Assembly (NCBI GenBank): GCA_038087875.1
Contig: CM075988.1
Location: 24,182,001 to 24,246,000, forward strand
Length of the DNA stretch: 64,000 nt
Reading direction: 5' to 3'
Source: Malacoraja senta
Lineage: Eukaryota
Positions 1 through 13,683 of the stretch are shown here, piece by piece. How positions within the stretch are numbered: position 1 is the stretch's first letter; each line of letters begins with the position of its first letter. The translations under genes were made by a program, and so were the position numbers. The notes below the pieces were generated by a model. The model searched no databases and was not told the DNA's origin. It saw only the letters and a program-made list of their open reading frames with translations.

Positions 1-2324
1 CGTCCCTCCAACACCCTAGTTGTTGTACGAGTTTCTCTTGTTGCCCAGCTGAGTTTCAGTGTTTGTATAACTCATTATCACCTTGCCAAATGCCAACAAC
101 AGACCAATTTTTAGAGACTCTGATGCAGCGCGGAAGCTAGGCCCTTCGGCCCAGCCGGGTCCACGCTGACCAACAATCCCTGAACGTTAACACATTCCTA
201 CCCACTAGGGACAATTTGACATTTTTTACCAAGCCAATTAACCTGCAAACCTGCACGTCTTTGGAGTGTGGGAGGAAAGTGAAGATCTCGGAGAAAATCC
301 ATGTGGTCACTGGGAGAACATACAAACTCCGTACAAACAAGCACCCGTAGTCGGGATCGAACCTGGGTCTCCGGCACTGCAAGCGCTGTAAGGGAGCGAC
401 TCTACCGCTGCGCCACCGCGCCGCCCAATATGGGCCCCACCTTTCGTTCATCATCATTGGTGGCTTTGAGCTGCCTACAAGGAGATGAATTAATAGTCTC
501 AACTGTCAACCATACGGATTGGCTGATGGGATAAAACACCACTTAAAGTCTCCTGATAGATATTAAAAGCAGGAGGTGTTAACTAACAAATATGAATAGA
601 TTAGGAATGGTTACAATCTATACAGGCAAGTGCACAGTCACCTACTTTGGGGCAAAGATGAATAAAACAGAGTACTTTCTCAATGAGAAAATCTAGAGAC
701 AGCAAAGGCCTTAGTCATCTTGCAGGCCCATTTACAGAAATGATTACAATTCTATGGGCAGGTTCATCAGTGATAGGAGCAGAATTAGGCCATTCGGTCC
801 ATCAAGTCTACTCTCCCAACCCTCTCAAGCCCATTCTCCTGCCTTCTCCCCATAACCTCCGATCCCCGCCCCGTACCATTCAATCTCTGCCTTAAAGATA
901 ACCATCGTCGTGTCCTCCACAGCCTTCTGTGGCAAAGAATACCACAGATCCACCATCGTCTGACTGAAGAAATTCCTCCTCATTGCAGACGCAGGAATTC
1001 GTCAGAAACATAATGCTCACCTGTCTATCTGCAGAACGGGAATGCAAAGGGATGGAACCTATGTTGTAACAGCACCAAGTTACCGTTGGACCACACCTGG
1101 AGTGCTGTGAGCAGTTTTGAGCACCACCCTAAAGCAATGATACATGTCTCAGATGGGGCGCAGCTGACATTTATTAAAAGGTCTCATTTTCAAGGAGACA
1201 TTAGAGACACGATGCTTGCATTCTCTGGAATGTACGAGATTAAGTAGTGATTAGCTAGAGGGTTTTCAAGTAACTGACAGCAGATGAAGGGGTGAGGAAT
1301 GTTTCTGTTAGGTGTGGAGCCTCAAACTAGAGGGGGGGGGGTAATTATAAAGAGGCCAGACATGAGGAAGCATCAACTCACAAGCCGCGGCAGAAATTTG
1401 AGACTCCTCCACACACTCCTGTTGAAATTGAAGAAGTGTTATCCTTCAGGTACAATTTACAATATCCATTTACAAGATAGCGGAGGAATACTGGATTATT
1501 TCTCGTCTGAACACCCAGCAATAAATAAATAAATATAGATGCTTAAAGCTGAATAAATTTCCGATAGCTTGTACAGAAATGAGTAGTCTAAAATCTGTAC
1601 TTAATCTAAGTGGCAAGAATTAACCTTGAAATAAATGGAGGGCCAATAGATTGTTGACATTAGGTTAATCGTTAATTTTATACCCAAAATTAATAGGCTT
1701 TTATTAACAAAATGGTATGGGGATGTGGTATCGTTCTGCTCCGATTTCACCGAATAGCAGATAAATGCTTCATTCCTGTTCCTATCTTTTAAATAAATTC
1801 ACCTCTCGCAAGTGTTGGGAGATCAATCTAACATTCCGCATTTGGAAACAGACGCCAGCCTAATTTTCCCCTGCAGTGCAGCGCGAAACATTGGGACCTG
1901 TTGTTGAAATGAAGTAGGAGACACTGATCTTTGGGGGGTGCCTCCCTTCTCCAGCCTAGTTGGAGCAATGGACCCATCCCAAGTTACCCTTCATTACTAA
2001 AACTCACACTCTGGTTACTCTCAAAAACCATCAGTAGGAAGGAACTGCAGATGCTGGTTTACACTGACGATGGACACAAAATGCTGGAGTAACTCAGCGG
2101 GGCAGGCAGCATCTCTGGATAGGAAGAATGGGTGACGCTTCGGGTCAAGACTCTTCTCCAGGCTGAAGACGGCAGACTCCAGTCTGAAGAAGGGTCTCAA
2201 ACCGAAACGTCACCCATTCCTTCTCTCCAGAGATGCCGCCTCTTCCGCTGAGTTACTCCAGCATTTTATGCCTAGCATCTATATGACGCTGGCATGGATC
2301 AGATGGGCACAGCCATTAGTAGTT

Positions 2325-2820
2325 TATATGTTCACAAGTTCTCGGAGCTGAATTAGGCTATTCGGCCCATCTAGTCTACTCCTCAATCATCTCGGACACC
2401 TATCTATCTCCGCCTTAAAAATATCCACTGACTTGGCCTCCACAGCCTTCTGGGGCAAAGAATTCCACACCTCTGACTAAATAAATGTCTCCTCACCTCC
2501 TTCCTAACAGAACGTCCTTTAATTCTGAGGCCATGGCCTCTAGTCCTCGACTCTAGGAATGGAAACATCCTCTCCACATCCACTCTATCCAAGTCTTTCA
2601 CTATTCTGAACATTTCAATGAGGTTGCCCCTCCTTCTTCTAAACTCCAGCGAGTACAGGCCCAGTGCCAAAAAATGCTCATCTTGGTTAATCTACTAATT
2701 CTGGGATCATTCTTGTAAACCTCCTCTGGACCCTCCAGAGCCAGCACATCCTTCCTCAGATAAGAGGCCCAAAATTGTTCCCAATGCAGCCTGACCAGTA
2801 CCTTATAGAGCTTCAACATT
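2325..2820 (-). mobile_element. CR1-clade LINE 3' fragment (more diverged)
   Basis: ORFs 2601-2819 and 2404-2670: LKLYKVLVRLH.., LGLYSLEFRRRRG..ESRTRGH. Confidence 0.85.
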
Positions 2821-3258
2821 AGATCATTAGTGTCTATCTTTGGTATAAACCAGCATCTGCAGTTTATTTTTATTAGGTAGACAAAAGTGCTGGAGAAACT
2901 CAGCGGGTGCCAGCAGCATCTATGGAGCGAAGGAAATAGGCAACGTTTTGGGCCGAAACCCTTCTTCAGACTTTCATTACCTGGATTGAGTTTTGTTTTA
3001 GGATTGCTTTCTATTTCTATTTACCTCTGGGTTTGAGCAGAATTGAAAAATTATCCCAGAGTTCCCCTCGTCTTGTAACGAGATTTCTGGTGGGAGACGC
3101 TTCATTACATTTCAATTCCCGCAAATTATTTTCTAGCTGGTGAATTAACTTTCCTCACTGAAGAGCCTATTGTCCCTGAAATTGTCTATTCCCGACTGTC
3201 CTAATAACCAAAGAGACTTCTGAGAAAATGAAAAATTGAAAGCAGGAGCCCGTGTTAC

Positions 3259-3284
3259 CTGCAGCCGAGCGTTGTAATCACATC
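3259..3284 (-). CDS. 26-nt internal micro-exon of an unidentified minus-strand gene (reads (G)CDYNARLQ in phase 1->0 or DVITTLGC(R/S) in phase 0->2; could also be UTR)
   Basis: Minus strand: cctgac branch point (A ~24 nt upstream) ... gcccttttcctttcag | GATGTGATTACAACGCTCGGCTGCAG | gtaaca. Textbook acceptor and donor inside a repeat-free island; two of three frames open. Confidence 0.6.
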
Positions 3285-5528
3285 CTGAAAGGAAAAGGGC
3301 AAATCCGTCAGGTTTGTACAACATTCTATAAATTTCACCTTTGACTTTCAGGCAGTGGAACTTCGAATGTTCACTCCAGGATTCCCACGTCTCATTGAAA
3401 GGAAGACGCCTGCATTTATGTAGTGTAGTTGATTGTCACGTGCACCGAGGTACAGTGAAAAGCCTTTGTTGCGTGCTAACCAGCCAGCGGAAAGCCAGCA
3501 CATGATTACAATAGAGCCATTCGTGGTGTACAGATACATGATAAGGGAAAAACGTTTAGTGCAAGGTAAAGCCAGTAAAGTCCGATCAAAGATAGTCCGA
3601 GGGTCCCTGATGAGGTGGATGGTAGTTCAGGACTGCTCTCTGGTTGTGGTAGGATGGTTCAGGATTTAGTTTAGGTTATAGTTTAGTTTAGAGGTAAAGC
3701 ATGGAAATAGGCCCTATCGGCGAACATAGATCCCCACACATTAACACTATCCTATACCCACAAGGGACTATATTTAAAAATATATATATTCTTTAAAAAA
3801 AATTTTTTTTTTTTACACAAATACCAAGCCAATCAACCTACAAACCTGTAGGTCTTTGGAGTGTGGGCGGAAACCGAAGATCTCGGAGAAAACCCACGCG
3901 GGTCATGGGGAGAACGTACAAACTCCGTACAGACAGCACCCGTAGTCGGGATCGAACCCGGGTCTCCGGCGCTACATTCGCTGCAATGCAGCCACTCTAC
4001 CGCTGCGCCACCGTGCCAATGCAAGGTTTTACCCCCTGAACTACTTCGGAACTGTAGACATGGATGTTGGAAACATGCCAACCAACTGGTGCACAGCAAG
4101 TTGCCACTAAAAGCAACCCGACAATATGCTTCTATAGATATTGGTTGATCACTGGATATGGCACAAGACATGAAGGGGAAATAGCTTGCCTTCCTCTCAA
4201 AGGCTGCGTGGGATCTTGTACACTGCATTGCCACACGGTGTAACACATGCACAGACCCGCTGCAGAGTTCTGCTAGTTGGAGGCTACTCAAACACACCGT
4301 TTAACCTTTGCAAACTGCAGGGGAAAAAAACGAGTTGAAGTTGAACATCTGCAGGCAGGGTTCCCCAAGGACACCGGCAGCTGGCTATGCACCCCCGCAC
4401 CCCCCCCCCCTCCCCTCCAAATTTCATTCCCCTCTGCTGCATGATGCCATTGGCCCCATTAATCTTCATCACCTATTGCTTAATTACTCTTGCCTTCCGC
4501 TCCATATCACCAGACAGCCCCCTCCAGCTTCACAACCTTCGGACATATACAGCGGCATGGAGGCGCAGCGCCAGAGACCCAGGCTCAATCCTGTCCCTCG
4601 GGTGCTGCCTGTGTGGAGTTTGCACATTCTCCCTGGGTTTCCTCCGGGTGCTCCGGCTTCCTCCCACATCCCAAAGGCGTGCGGTTTTATGGGTTAATTT
4701 GCTTCCGCAAATTGCCCCCAAAGTAGTGTGTCGGCAGTGGACGTGAAAGTGCGATAACGGAGAACTAGTGTTAGCGGGCGTAGACTTGATGGGCCGAAGG
4801 GCCTGTATCCATGCTGTATCTCTAAACTAAACCAAATTTCCCCTCTTGCTTTTATAGTTATGAAGGTTGACTGCTCTAAAATGATAACCCACCCTCCACA
4901 GTTGCTGCTTGGCATTGTGGACCTTCAGCATCTTGAGTTTTGATAGAACATCATTCCAATTACGGAGACTGCATATGTATAGGAGGCTTAACAGCATTGA
5001 ACGTGATGCTGCTGGAAAGTGTACGTACAGAAGGGACTCACCGGGATGTTGCTCAGGACAGAAGATTTTTATAGACAGAGAGACTAAGTTAGTCTTCCTC
5101 ATAACATAGGGAAATGAGGGTGGACCCCATTGAGGAATTTAACATTGACACAAATAAGACAAAAAACAGGAAACTTTTCTTCATGAGAGGAGTCAAAAGC
5201 TAGTGTACATAGATTTAGGATAAGGGGGGAAGGGGGGGGGATTAAACAGAGAGAATGGGTGGAAGAATTTTATCACTTAGAGGGTGTGGGAAGCAGGTCG
5301 TCTCTAAAGGTTTCAGTCTCCAAATAAGCACATGAATTATTGACTCACAGAACATGAACTAAGTGCTGGTAAATGAGACGAGTGCAGATAGGTCATAGGT
5401 GGTCAGCAGGGGGACATCACCACTGGGACACCAACTACTTCAAATACTACTTGAATTTTGTGGAAATAAGACAAAATGCTGGAGTAATTCAGCGGGTCAG
5501 GCAGCATCTCTGGAGAAAAGGAATAGGT

Positions 5529-5556
5529 GACGTTTCGGGTCGAGACCCTTCTTCAG
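5529..5556 (-). ncRNA. Minimal type-I hammerhead-ribozyme-like core
   Basis: Minus strand CTGAAGAAGGGTCTCGACCCGAAACGTC, intact core. Confidence 0.5.
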
Positions 5557-6448
5557 AAACTGGCCCATCATCAGGCGAATCCCTCAGGAAAAGTTACCAT
5601 TGTGCGGTAAGTAAAAAAAACATGTCTATGGTTTTAGGTCATAGTGTGTTCTTACATCAAGTTGAAGCACTCAAGGAGACTTGGAACACAGGATCAGACA
5701 CAAAATGCTGGAGTAACTCAGCGGTTCAGACAGCATCTCTGGGGAAAAGGAATTAGATGATGTTTCGGGTCAAGACCCTTCATCAGACTGAATTTTGTGC
5801 ATTCTTTTGAACAGCTTTGAGTCACCGTTCAGAGGGCTGTGCGCAGAGCAGTTCTGGCCCAGCATAGTCTGGGAAAATTCCACGTCACTTAGACACGAAC
5901 TGCTAATTTCCCAGCAATTAAGATGCTGAGGTAAGTATGAAACTGTTGGATAAGTAACCTATTCTTTGATTCAAATCAAAACCAAACTCATCAGCTTGCC
6001 ACGAAGCAGGGAGACAAAATCCATGCTCTCATTGAGCAGAATAATTGCATGTCTTAGACATGTTTGAACAGGGGTAGAGAGATAGGCGGTCGCATGGAAA
6101 CTGCTGCTCAGACTGCCTCCGGCCTGCACACTGCAAAGTGTAATTCTACACCAATAGGCAAATGAGCAGGGGCTGGGTTAATGCAAAACCTGCATTCTAT
6201 GTAAAGTCATCCTTTGTTTGGGAAACTAAACCATCAATGAAAATGTCCAAACAATACTGATAAGATCATTCTCACCCACCTTTTTGTCACTAACATTGCA
6301 ACCAACACCCTTTTCTCCTCAGTTAAGGGCCCAGGCCCTCTCCTTACACTCGAGCAGGAATATCCAGGCTGATATTGTGCAGAGTGCTGGATCACAATAG
6401 CTAACTTTCAATCAGAAGAGTGTTTAAACTGAAGTTCCTGAACGCATT

Positions 6449-7992
6449 ATAGACAATAGACAATAGGTGCAGGAATAGGCCATTCGGCCCTTCGAGCCTG
6501 CACCGCCATTCAATATGATCATGGCTGATCATCCAACTCAGTATCCCGTACCCGGCCTTCTCTCCATACCCCCTGATCCCCTTAGCCACAAGGACCACAT
6601 CTAACTCCCTCTTAAATATAGCCAATGAACTGGCCTCAACTACCCTCTGTGGCAGAGAGTTCCAGAGATTCACCACTCTCTGTGTGAAAATGTTTTTCAT
6701 CATCTCGGTCTTAAAGGATTTCCCCCTTATCCTTAAGCTGTGACTCCTTGTCCTGGACTTCCCCAACATCGGGAACAATCTTCCTGCATCTAGCCTGTCC
6801 AACCCCATAAGAATTTTGTACGTTTCTATAAGATCCCCTCTCAATCTCCTAAATTCTAGCGAGTATAAGCCAAGTCTATCCAGTCTTTCTTCATATGAAA
6901 GTCCTGACATCCCAGGAATCAGTCTGGTGAACCTTCTCTGCACTCCCTCTATGGCTATAATGTCCTTCCTCAGATTTGGAGACCAAAACTGTACGCAATA
7001 CTCCAGGTGTGGTCTCACCAAGACCCTGTACAACTGCAGTAGGACCTCCTGCTCGTATACTCAAATCCTCTTGCTATGAAGGCCAACATACCATTCGCTT
7101 TCTTCACTGCCTGCTGCACCTGCATGCCTACTTTCAATGACTGGTGTACCATGACACCCAGGTCTCGTTGCATCTCCCCATTTCCTAATCGGCCACCATT
7201 TAGATAATAGTCTGCCTTCCCGTTCTTGCCACCAAAGTGGATAACCTCACATTTATCCACATTATACTGCATCTGCCAAACATTTGCCCACTCACCCAGC
7301 CTATCCAAGTCACCTTGCAGTCTCCTAGCATCCTCCCTCACAGCTAACACTGGCCCCCAGCTTAGTGTCATCCGCAAACTTGGAGATGTTGCTTTCAATT
7401 CCCTCGTCCAGATCATTAATATAAATTGTAAATAGCTGGGGTCACAGCACTGAGCCTTGCGGTACCCCACTAGTCACTGCCTGCCATTGTGAAAAGGACC
7501 CGTTTACTCCTACTCTTTGCTTCCTGTTTGCCAGCCAGTTCTCTATCCACATCAATACTGAACCCCCAATGCCCGTGTGCTTTAAGTTTGTAAACTAATC
7601 TCTTATGTGGGACCTTGTCGAAAGCCTTCTGGAAGTCCAGATACAACACATCCACTGGTTCTCCCCTATCCACTCTACTAGTTACATCCTCGAAAAATTC
7701 TATAAGATTCGTCAGACATGATTTACCTTTCGTAAATCATGCTGACTTTGTCCAATGATTTCACCACTTTCCAAATGTGCTGCTATCCCATCTTTAATAA
7801 CTGACTCTAGCAGTTTCCCCACTACCGATGTTAGACTAACTGGTCTGTAATTCCCCGTTTTCTCTCTCCCTCCCTTCTTAAAAAGTGGGGTTACGTTTGC
7901 TACCCTCCAATCCTCAGGAACTACTCCAGAATCTAAAGAGTTTTGAAAAATTATCACTAATGCATCCACTATTTCTGGAGCTACTTCCTTAA
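6449..7992 (-). mobile_element. CR1-clade LINE, 5'-truncated ~1.5 kb; frameshifted ORF2 (RT domain and C-terminus) plus 3' UTR and (ATTGTCT)n tail
   Basis: ORFs 7712-7969 (WRVANVTPLFKKG..GNYRPVSLTSVVGKLLE), 7470-7673 (YLDFQKAFDKVPH), 7015-7470 (LQGDLDRLGEWANVWQMQYN) and 6401-7033 (RPHLEYCVQFWSP) are characteristic CR1 ORF2 motifs; tail atagacaatagacaatag at 6449. Confidence 0.95.
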
Positions 7993-9982
7993 ATTCTAAA
8001 TGGCTTACTCCTTATTCTTAAACTGTGGCCCCTGGTTCTGGACTCCCCCAACATCGGGAACATGTTTCCTGCCTCTAGCGTGTCCAAGCCCTTAACAATC
8101 TTAATCTTATGTATAGGAAGAACTGCAGATGCTGCTTTTAAACCGAAGGGCAACGTTTCCACGCTACAAATGTCTGGAGAAGGGTCTCAACCCGAAACGT
8201 CAGCCATTCCTTTTCGCCAGAGATGCTGCCTGACCCGCTGAGTTACTCCAGGTTTTGTGCGTCTATCTCTCTCCTATGAATGAGAGTCTTTGTTTTGAGC
8301 TGAATCATCTCACGGGGCATCCAGGACTGTGGAGGAAGGGTGCGGCTCCTGTGGGCCCTGCATGTCGGAGCCTGTCCCAGCCCTAGTTGCATCTAGACGG
8401 GATTACACCCGAGGATATGCCAGACCTGCCCCGTCGCACAACCGCTGCCCGCCCCGGTGATTATCGCGACCACATAGGACACCGCTTTCATTTACATTTC
8501 AAAGAAGGCTTTTATTTAATTATCATCACTTTCTTTACTTGGCTCACCTTTGTACATTTAAAAAAAAAAAATTTAATCGTCGTTTCTCAGAGGGTTACTC
8601 CCAAGAGGACGCAGTGAAGAAACAGATTAATGGAGTAGAGATGCGGAATTATCCCTGCCCTGTTGAGCTGGCAAGCATATTGCAGATCCAAACCGCACAG
8701 GAAGGCTTTACAAACGAGTCTTCTGCATTGCGCTAATTATTTAGCATTATGCGGCTATGGCCAGGACAACCTGAAGGCCAAGGGTCCAAGCCACAAGGCC
8801 CGCTAGCCAATTCAAACACAGCACAAATGGACGAGTAAATACATCAGGAAAAGTGGGACTTTCCCATTTATTGCACGCACTAATTACAGGCTTTGCATTC
8901 ATTCTAGTGGCTGCTGGTTGGATGAAGAGTCCAAGACATATATTAAGCAACACTTAACAAAACTGAGATCGATACAGAATGCTGGAGCAACTCAGCGGGA
9001 CAGCCAGCATCTCTAGAGAGAGAAATAATAAAACTGAGTATTGGAAGTGGGTAAAATGGAAGCTGCATGTCCGGAGGTTTATCCTTGTGTTTGTATTTGA
9101 TGCCAAGTGAGATTGACTCGCTGATGCCAATTCCACCAGTCTTGTGTTTCATTTAGTGGCGTGAATGAGACTGGATCTCGTGTGGAGCTGGGCCCCATCC
9201 GCACTGCCCTCGGCTCGAAACTTCCACTTGGCAGGTCACACTTGTTTACAGCCCCTCGGTGCGAGAGGGCTTTTCAATCTAGTTGGCAGGTTGTGTCGCC
9301 TTGCTCCAAGACTGCCCGACGTCACAGTGCATTCAATTCCCAATTCCTCAGTCAAGAAACTGGGGCAACCTGAACCAAGTCCACCCCGCACCAAAGTGAA
9401 TCAGGATGAAGGTTACGCTGGAGACTAGAGCATATCATCTGGAATGGTGGCAGCGTAACACTCAGGAGAGCCCTGTTCCATCTCTAGTGCCATCATTCAC
9501 ATAACGCACTACATTCCAACCCCAACAGTTCTCTCAGAGGGACACAAAGACCTATTTGTACTATTCAAGAAGTGCTCTCTTAACTTTCCACCAACATCGC
9601 TGAAACCATCACATGGTGATTATATCTTTGTTCTTTGTGAGATATTGCCATTTCATATCGAGTGCCCGCATAACGTAACCACACTTCAAAAATATTTCCC
9701 TTAGAAACATCCTGATGACATGAAAGGCACCGGTGAGAATGTAATCGCCTTCCTTTGCATTCAAATCTGCTGATTGACCTCAATAACATCATCCCATGCA
9801 CTCCTGCTTCCTTCCAAACACAAACTCATCAAGATTATTAATTTAACTTTTTGACAACCACTGGTTTCATCCAATATTTCTTCACTTCTTCGAGCTCTGC
9901 CAACCTATCACACGCATGTTCCCATACATTCCCATCTTCCCTGGCTCATTTCTCCTCCATTAGGTTCAAATCCCAACATGGA

Positions 9983-10340
9983 CACAAAGGTCTGGATACA
10001 GTGGATGTGGAGAGGATGTTTCCACCAGACGGAGAGTCTAGGACCAGAGGTCACAGCCTCACAATTAAAGGACGTTCCTTTAGGAAGTAGATGAGGAGGA
10101 ATTTCTTTGGTCAGAGGGTGGTGAATCTGTGGAATTCATTGCCACAGACGGCTGTGGAGGCCGTCAATGGATATTTTTTAAAGCAGAGATGGATAGATTC
10201 TTGATTAGTACAGGTGTCAGGGGTTGCAGGGAGAAGGCAGGGGAACAGGGTTAGGAGGGGGCGATGGATCAGCCATGATTGAATGGCGGAGTAGACGATG
10301 GGCCGAATGGCCTAATTCTGCTCCTATCACTTATGAACCT
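9983..10340 (+). mobile_element. CR1-clade LINE 3' fragment
   Basis: KGLDTVDVERMFP..GESRTRGHSL; 3' UTR gatcagccatgattgaatggcggag. Confidence 0.85.
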
Positions 10341-10619
10341 CGGTCTTGACCGTCTTCAATGCACTTGAGCAGTTTTGGCCCGCCCTTCTTCCCAGCAGCT
10401 CACCATTGCCCTTCTCTGCATGGACTACCCCAGACACCCCTCTACCGCTAATGGACTCATGGGCTCTCAGCCGTCACATCACAGCAATCATTTCCCTAAA
10501 CACCAGTCAGAAGAGTCATACAGTATGGAAACATGTCCATCGACCCAACTAGCACAGGTTGACCAAGGTGCTCCATCCACAAGAGTCCCACGTGCTCGCT
10601 TTGGACCCAAATCACTCTA

Positions 10620-11040
10620 AACTGGGCTTGTACACTCTGGAGTTTAGAAGGATGAGAGGGCATCTCATTCAAACATATAAGATTGTTAAGGGCTTGGACA
10701 CGCTAGAGGCAGGAAACATGTTCCCGATGTTGGGGGAGTCCAGAACCAGGGGCCACAGTTTAAGAATAAGGGGTAAGCCATTTAGAACGGAGACGAGGAA
10801 ACACTTTTTCTCACAGAGAGTGGTGAGTCTGTGGAATTCTCTGCCTCAGAGGGCGGTGGAGGCGGGTTCTCTGGATGCTTTCAAGAGAGAGCTGGATAGG
10901 GCTCTTAAAAATAGCAGAGTCAGGGGATATGGGGAGAAGGCAGGAATGGGGTACTGATTGGGGATGATCAGCCATGATCACATTGAATGGCGGTGCTGGC
11001 TCGAAGGGCCGAATGGCCTACTCCTGCACCTATTGTCTAT
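10620..11040 (+). mobile_element. CR1-clade LINE 3' fragment
   Basis: LGLYTLEFRRMRG..GESRTRGHSLRIRG..FFSQRVVSLWNSLP; CR1 3' UTR. Confidence 0.9.
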
Positions 11041-11457
11041 AAACCTTCCCTAGCCACATATATATCCAAATGTCTTTTAAATGTTGCCTCAACTACCCTC
11101 TCTGGCAGCTGGTTCCATATACTCACCACCCTCTGCCCCTCAGGTTCCTATTAAATCTTTACCCTCTCTCGTTAAACATATGTCCTCTGGTTCATGATTT
11201 CCCCTACTCGGGGTAAAAGACTCTGTGCAACTACCCGATCTATTCCCCTTCTGATCTTGTACGTTTCTATACAATCAGCCCTCGCCCTCCTGTGCTCCAA
11301 GGAATAAAGTGGTGGCCTGCCCAACCTCTCACTCTGGGCAACATCCTCATATATTCTCTGCAGTCCTTCCAGCTTACCAAGAGCTGGGTGACCAGAGCCA
11401 AACACAAGACTCCAAATGTGACCTCACCTTCTTGTACAACTGTAACTGATCTGCAGA

Positions 11458-11936
11458 TAGGCTTGCCAACTTTCTCACTCCCAAGTAAGGGACGAAAGGT
11501 CAAAATAAGGGACAAATTCCCCGATGGCAATTCGTTGACCAACTCTGCCGTGGCTGGGTGAATGATGAGTTGGCCCGGGCGGTGTGTCTGCACACAAAGC
11601 CCAGCCGGCGGGCCAACCGAGGAGTTTTGGCCTGAGTCTGGCACCCCGTCCAACTCATGAACCGATGATCGGCCATGAGAAGGAGGGGTGGTGGTGTCGG
11701 CGGTAAGCGAAGGTCGGACAGCTGGCCGGGCTGCCGACTGACGGGGCCACAGGCGAGGTGCTGCTGCTGCACTCCATGGGCTGCACTACGTCGGGACGGG
11801 TGAGGCGGGGCCGGAAGAACCGCTCCGACCCGACAGTCCCCTCGACCCGAGTAGTAGCAGTTAAATATGGGACAAGGGCAGCCCCGTATGGGACAAAGCA
11901 AGTTAGCCCAATATACGGGATGTCCCGGCTAATACG
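11458..11936 (+). mobile_element. hAT (Blackjack-like) non-autonomous element; right TIR not seen
   Basis: Starts taggcttgccaac (TAGGGTTGCCA-type TIR) with subterminal GGGAC repeats; second copy at 44126-44424. Confidence 0.7.
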
Positions 11937-12164
11937 CAGCCATATCTGCCTCCACATCTTCTCCCTTCCTTCCCCACCTCAACTCCAATTGCCAATCAAC
12001 TCGCCCCACCCTCGTGTATCATTTGCCAGCCCTTGAACCACCGTTTGCCAAAGACTTCTTTAAACTGACCATCTTAGTTTTGTTTACAGATACAGCACAG
12101 AAACAGGCCCTTCGGCCCACCCCAGTCCACGCCGACTAGCGATCCCCGAACATTAACATTACGC

Positions 12165-12166
<2 letters not shown>

Positions 12167-12200
<34 letters not shown>
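12167..12200. repeat. (CA)n microsatellite inside a SINE; others at 14523-14554 (CA) and 15377-15405 (CT/CA)
   Basis: Direct inspection. Confidence 0.95.
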
Positions 12201-12202
<2 letters not shown>

Positions 12203-12919
12203 TTATATTTAGACCAAGCCAATTAACCCACAAATCTGCACGCCTTTGGGAGTGTGGGAGGAAATGAAGATCTGAGAAAACGCACGCGGTCACAGGGAAA
12301 ACGTACAAACTCCATACAGGCAGCACCCGTCGTCGGGATCGAACCAGCGTCTCCGGCGCTGAAAGCGCGGTAAGGCAGCAACTCTACCGCTGCGCCACCT
12401 AGTCTGCTATACTCTTTCAGCCAGATGAAGGGTCTTGATCCCAAAACCTGATTATCCATCCATTCCCCACCACCGCTGCTGTTCGATCAGCGGAGTTCCT
12501 CCAAATGGTTTGTATTTTGCTCTGGATTTCAGCATCTGCAGCCTCTTGCCTCTGCTGCGATCATTTGGGAAGCATTTACAGCTACAGTAAAGGAAGGATA
12601 CTCTGCAGTATTTACAACTGTTTATCTTTGCTTGTTACCAGTGCAATTTCAAGTACTGATGAATAGCTCAATTATCTGTCTTTCTGAAGTTATTGCAAGG
12701 TGATGAGGGATTCATAGACATTCCAGTGAACCAAACCATTTAAAAAGAGAGATTGCCTGGAGTTCTCCATGCAATGCATTGTTGCAGCTCAGGGCAGATT
12801 GACCATACATGGGTTAACATTAATGCATGTGGAATGTCATGTGTTTAACAAGAACATAGGACAGTACAGAAACAAGTCCTTCAGCCTATAAGATCCACGC
12901 TGACCAAGATGCCAAGTTA

Positions 12920-13090
12920 AGGGCCTGTCCCACTTATGTGATTTTTTTTTCCGGCAACTTGCCGGCACCCGTCATAGTCACAGTAGGTTGATGTAAATTT
13001 TCAACATGTTCAAAATCCAGCAGCGACCAGAAAAAGGTACGACTCTTTGGGCGACGACTCACCACCATACAGGCGTCACCCCGCGACTCC
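12920..13090. mobile_element. One arm of the same Harbinger-like fold-back MITE family
   Basis: TTA|agggcctgtcccactta..cttgccggcacccgtcatagtc..aaggtacgactctttgggcgac matches 45792-45935. Confidence 0.8.
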
Positions 13091-13163
13091 TGTAGATACC
13101 TCAAGATAAGCCAACTTTCCTTCTTAAGCCAACATCTACATTCCAAACCTTTGGCAGTGCAGA

Positions 13164-13683
13164 CATGGGCGGGAATCGCTTTTAAAACCTGGGGGGGGGG
13201 GGGAGAGAAGCACAATGAGGCCTAACATTTAGGACAGGGTTCGGCAACCTACATCCCACGGGCCGGATCCCAAAATCATCCGGCCTGCAGGTGTCTTTTT
13301 TTTCAATTAGTTTTCGCGACATGGGAACTGCAGCCAGTCCAGGGGCAAGCAAGCTGACCTGGGCATGCAGGCGACCTGGGAACTGCAGCCAGTCCCGGGG
13401 CAAGCGAGCTGACCTGGGCATGCAGGCGACCTGGGAACTGCAGGTCCTTTGGTACACACCGTGTCGACTAGCAATCACCCCGTACACTAGCACCATCCGA
13501 CACACTGGGGACAATTTACCGAAGCACTTAACCTACAAACCTGCACGTCTTTGGCGTGTGGGGCAAGCGAGCCGACCTGGGACTGGCTGTGGCGCCCAGA
13601 TCACAAAACATGGGGGGGGAGGGGGGCGGGGGGGGAAGAACAGCCGCCCCGGCCCCCTGTTCCCCCCAGGATTTCCGCCCATG
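13164..13683. mobile_element. hAT-like non-autonomous element with TIR CATGGGCGG(G/A)AATC and 8-bp TSD AGTGCAGA; contains a hAT-like end (~13235), a 55-bp tandem (13323-13443) and a SINE fragment
   Basis: agtgcaga|catgggcgggaatc ... gatttccgcccatg|agtgcaga. Confidence 0.85.

Noticed and set aside
5815..5936. Plus-strand GAG|gtaagt donor with an upstream AG
   Set aside because: All three frames contain stops and no other plus-strand exons support it.
6401..7033. 210-aa ORF as a host gene
   Set aside because: CR1 ORF2 C-terminus within a frameshifted, 5'-truncated LINE.
13190..13640. G-runs as functional G-quadruplexes
   Set aside because: Homopolymer runs inside transposon sequence, common throughout the window and error-prone in assembly.
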